Assembly: GCF_003367075.2 (NCBI RefSeq)
Contig: NZ_CP065936.1
Span: 1,230,001-1,262,000 of the forward strand
Direction: 5' to 3'
DNA length: 32,000 nt
Source: Cylindrospermopsis raciborskii Cr2010
GTDB lineage: Bacteria > Cyanobacteriota > Cyanobacteriia > Cyanobacteriales > Nostocaceae
The notes under the pieces are model-generated. The model saw only the letters and a program-made list of their open reading frames with translations, had not been told where the DNA came from and did not search any database. The position numbers and the translations under genes are program-made. Below are positions 29,595 through 32,000 of this stretch, piece by piece. How positions within the stretch are numbered: the first letter of the stretch is position 1; every line of letters starts with the position of its first letter.

Positions 29595-30405
29595 TAGACC
29601 ATCCATCCAACCAAACAGTATCTTACTAGGGATCAAAAACTTCCTCATCAAGACCCTAGTAATTGCCGAACTAGAAGTTAGAAAATTGCGTCACGACCCC
29701 AGTGATCTACTACTCAGAGCCGTACAACCTGCCTTATGGTTAGTCATTTTTGGACAAGTTTTTTCCCGAACCCGTGCTATTCCCACAGGTAATATAGCTT
29801 ACCTAGACTTTATGACCCCGGGTATCCTAGCACAAAGTGGCCTATTTATGGCTATTTTTACGGGAGGTATGACCTTAATTTGGGAGAGGGATCTAGGAGT
29901 AGTGCATAAATTTTTAGCAGCGCCCATACCCCGTGCTGCCATAGTTTTAGGCAAGAGCCTAGCTTGCGGCGTCCGTTGTTGTTCTCAAGTAATAGTCATT
30001 TACCTTCTAGCCTTATTATTAGGAGTGAACTTAAATCATAGCTTTGTATCCTTACTACAAGTTATCCTAGTTGTTTTCTTGGGTGCTGGTTGTTTTTGCG
30101 CCTTCTCCTTGATTATTGGCTGCCTAGTTAGATCAAGAGAAAGATTTACTGGTATTGGACAATTGATTACCATGCCATTATTTTTTGCTAGTAACGCCAT
30201 ATACCCAATTTCCCTAATGCCCGATTGGTTAAAAATAATTTCCCACCTCAATCCCCTCACCTACCAGGTAGATGCTTTACGGGGAATCATGGTAGTCAAC
30301 GGAACCACCAATTATGGACTTGAGTTAGATTGCGCAGTTCTTCTGTTAACATTAATAGGCTTAACCTTTATTTGTGGAAGACTTTATCCACGAGTAGTCA
30401 TGTAA
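29551..30405 (+). CDS. ABC-2 type exporter permease (DrrB-like)
   Basis: RAVQPALWLVIFGQVFSRTRAIPTGNIAYLDFMTPGILAQSGLFMAIFTGGMTLIWERDLGVVHKFLAAPIPRAAIVLGKSL...YPISLMPDWLKIISHLNPLTYQVDALRG. Confidence 0.94.
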   Translation: MKPLELDVQPNAWDNRPSIQPNSILLGIKNFLIKTLVIAELEVRKLRHDPSDLLLRAVQPALWLVIFGQVFSRTRAIPTGNIAYLDFMTPGILAQSGLFMAIFTGGMTLIWERDLGVVHKFLAAPIPRAAIVLGKSLACGVRCCSQVIVIYLLALLLGVNLNHSFVSLLQVILVVFLGAGCFCAFSLIIGCLVRSRERFTGIGQLITMPLFFASNAIYPISLMPDWLKIISHLNPLTYQVDALRGIMVVNGTTNYGLELDCAVLLLTLIGLTFICGRLYPRVVM

Positions 30406-30423
30406 CCAGGAGAAAAACATCCT

Positions 30424-30879
30424 ATGTCCTTCGATAAACCCCCCCAAAAATGTGCAGCTAGGGTAATGGAAACCATTCCCCTATTAATGCGGTTTATTCG
30501 AAGTGACATGCGTAATCATAGTGCTGATTCCCTCACCATTCCCCAACTGCGATCGCTCGCCTTTCTCAAACGTAACCCGGGAACTTCCCTTTCCGCAGTA
30601 GCAGAGCATCTTGGTGTTACCTGTGCCACAGCTTCCACAACCATCGAAAGACTGGTACAACGCCATCTGGTACAAAGAACAGATCACCCCCAGGAAAGAA
30701 GAAAAATAGTATTAAATCTCACCACACAAGGAAAATCCCTCTTAGAAGAATCTCAGGAAAAAACTCGCCTTCATATTGCCGAAATTATTGAGAGCCTAAC
30801 CTCGGAAGAACTATTACAAATTGAAACAAGTCTTACTTTGCTAAAAAATGTCTTTGAAAAAACCGAATCTAACCACTGA
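30424..30879 (+). CDS. MarR-family transcriptional regulator
   Basis: LTIPQLRSLAFLKRNPGTSLSAVAEHLGVTCATASTTIERLVQRHLVQRTDHPQERRKIVLNLTTQGKSLLEES. Confidence 0.93.
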   Translation: MSFDKPPQKCAARVMETIPLLMRFIRSDMRNHSADSLTIPQLRSLAFLKRNPGTSLSAVAEHLGVTCATASTTIERLVQRHLVQRTDHPQERRKIVLNLTTQGKSLLEESQEKTRLHIAEIIESLTSEELLQIETSLTLLKNVFEKTESNH

Positions 30880-32000
30880 CCATAGTAGCATCCATGACCC
30901 ATTTGCTGCGCTAAGATTTAGAGACTACCGATTATTTACCATAGGAAGGATTCTGTTATTTACAGGTAACCAAATGCAAACAGTAGCCCTAGGTTGGGAA
31001 CTGTATGAACGTACCAACTCCCCTCTAGCCCTAGGTATAGTAGGACTGGCACAAGTATTACCAGTTATATTATTAACCTTAATAGCTGGACACGTAGCGG
31101 ACAAATATAATCGTCAACGCACCACTGTAGTAGCTAGCCTCCTTTTAGCTCTTTGTTCATTGGGATTAGGCATAATCTCTTATACACAGGCACCAGTATT
31201 TTTGATTTATATTTGCCTAGTCCTTACTGGTATAGCCAGAGCCTTCCTCAAACCTGCCAGCGATGCCATGATGTGGCAATTAATACCTCCACAAGTATTT
31301 ACTAATGCTGCCACCTGGGTAAGTGGTAGCTTTCAACTAGCATCAGTAATTGGACCAGCTCTAGGTGGATTTGTTATTGCCATTTTTAATAGTGCCACCC
31401 AGGTGTATATACTCACATCAATTGCATCCCTATCATTTCTAATAGCTGTAGTAGCTATGAACCCACCAGAAGGAAATCTCAGTAAAGAGCCAATATCCCT
31501 GAGATCCTTAGCAGCGGGGGCAGAATTCATTTGGAAGAATCAAATTATATTAGCTGCTATTACACTAGATCTATTTGCTGTTTTATTTGGTGGTGCAGTA
31601 GCACTATTGCCAATATATGCCAAAGACATTTTAAAAGTAGGTCCAGTAGAACTCGGATATTTACAAGCAGCACCGGCCATAGGAGCATTAATTATGGGCG
31701 CGGTGCTGATACAACTTCCACCCATTACTAAAACCTGGTCTACCCTACTATGGTCGGTTTTTGGTTTTGGGGTCACAACCATTATTTTTGGCCTATCCAA
31801 ATGGATGTGGTTATCCCTGCTCATGTTAGCTCTTGGTGGAGGATTAGATACTATTAGCGTAGTCATTCGCCACACCTTAGTACAACTAAAAACCCCGGAA
31901 GAATTAAGAGGTCGTGTGGCAGCCATTAATACAGTATTTATAACTGCATCAAATGAACTAGGAGCTTTTGAATCTGGACTAGTAGCTGCTCTAGTAGGAC
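30848..32000 (+). CDS. MFS transporter (EntS-like), continues beyond the window
   Basis: ATG at 30848; frame reads DPFAALRFRDYRLFTIGRILLFTGNQMQTVALGWELYERTNSPLALGIVGLAQVLPVILLTLIAGHVADKYNRQRT; open to the window end, absent from the supplied ORF track. Confidence 0.9.
   Translation, partial: MSLKKPNLTTDHSSIHDPFAALRFRDYRLFTIGRILLFTGNQMQTVALGWELYERTNSPLALGIVGLAQVLPVILLTLIAGHVADKYNRQRTTVVASLLLALCSLGLGIISYTQAPVFLIYICLVLTGIARAFLKPASDAMMWQLIPPQVFTNAATWVSGSFQLASVIGPALGGFVIAIFNSATQVYILTSIASLSFLIAVVAMNPPEGNLSKEPISLRSLAAGAEFIWKNQIILAAITLDLFAVLFGGAVALLPIYAKDILKVGPVELGYLQAAPAIGALIMGAVLIQLPPITKTWSTLLWSVFGFGVTTIIFGLSKWMWLSLLMLALGGGLDTISVVIRHTLVQLKTPEELRGRVAAINTVFITASNELGAFESGLVAALVG

Noticed and set aside
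31540-31926. 128-aa minus-strand ORF, plus 31333-31530 (-) and 31531-31731 (+)
   Set aside because: Overlap the continuous MFS transporter frame running from 30848 to the window end.

Overview
This is a 32 kb cyanobacterial-type window: HIP1 GCGATCGC octamers, a PsbQ-like lipoprotein and a biliverdin reductase. (1) At 2.6-12.5 kb there is a tight, co-directional minus-strand cluster. It encodes a zinc-ribbon/TPR Ser/Thr kinase, a PP2C phosphatase with an N-terminal degenerate kinase-like domain, a zinc-ribbon/FHA protein, a VWA protein, a small uncharacterised protein, a membrane VWA protein with a degenerate FHA-like tail, and two lipoproteins. The lipoproteins share a PPC-like domain that is almost identical at DNA level, but have different C-terminal modules. 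map and bvdR lie just upstream on the same strand. This is the best candidate for a poorly described signalling system; it resembles the TerY-P type kinase/phosphatase/VWA triad but is expanded. (2) At 14.7-21.1 kb there is a decaying sulfur/sulfonate-related island. It holds an internally deleted tauD-like gene, a truncated beta-carbonic anhydrase, an IS1-family element with readable inverted repeats, two IS4-like transposase remnants, a TauE/SafE permease, an SDR fragment, an SsuE-like FMN reductase, a possibly truncated rhodanese start, a structured GC-rich intergenic element and a possibly N-truncated YeeE/YedE transporter. (3) At 21.1-28.4 kb are metY, metX, an ABC exporter, an amidohydrolase and a DszA/NtaA-type flavin monooxygenase. 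(4) At 28.7-32 kb is an export cluster: a DrrAB-like ABC transporter, a MarR regulator and an MFS transporter that runs off the window. No CRISPR array, rRNA or tRNA was recognised by eye.
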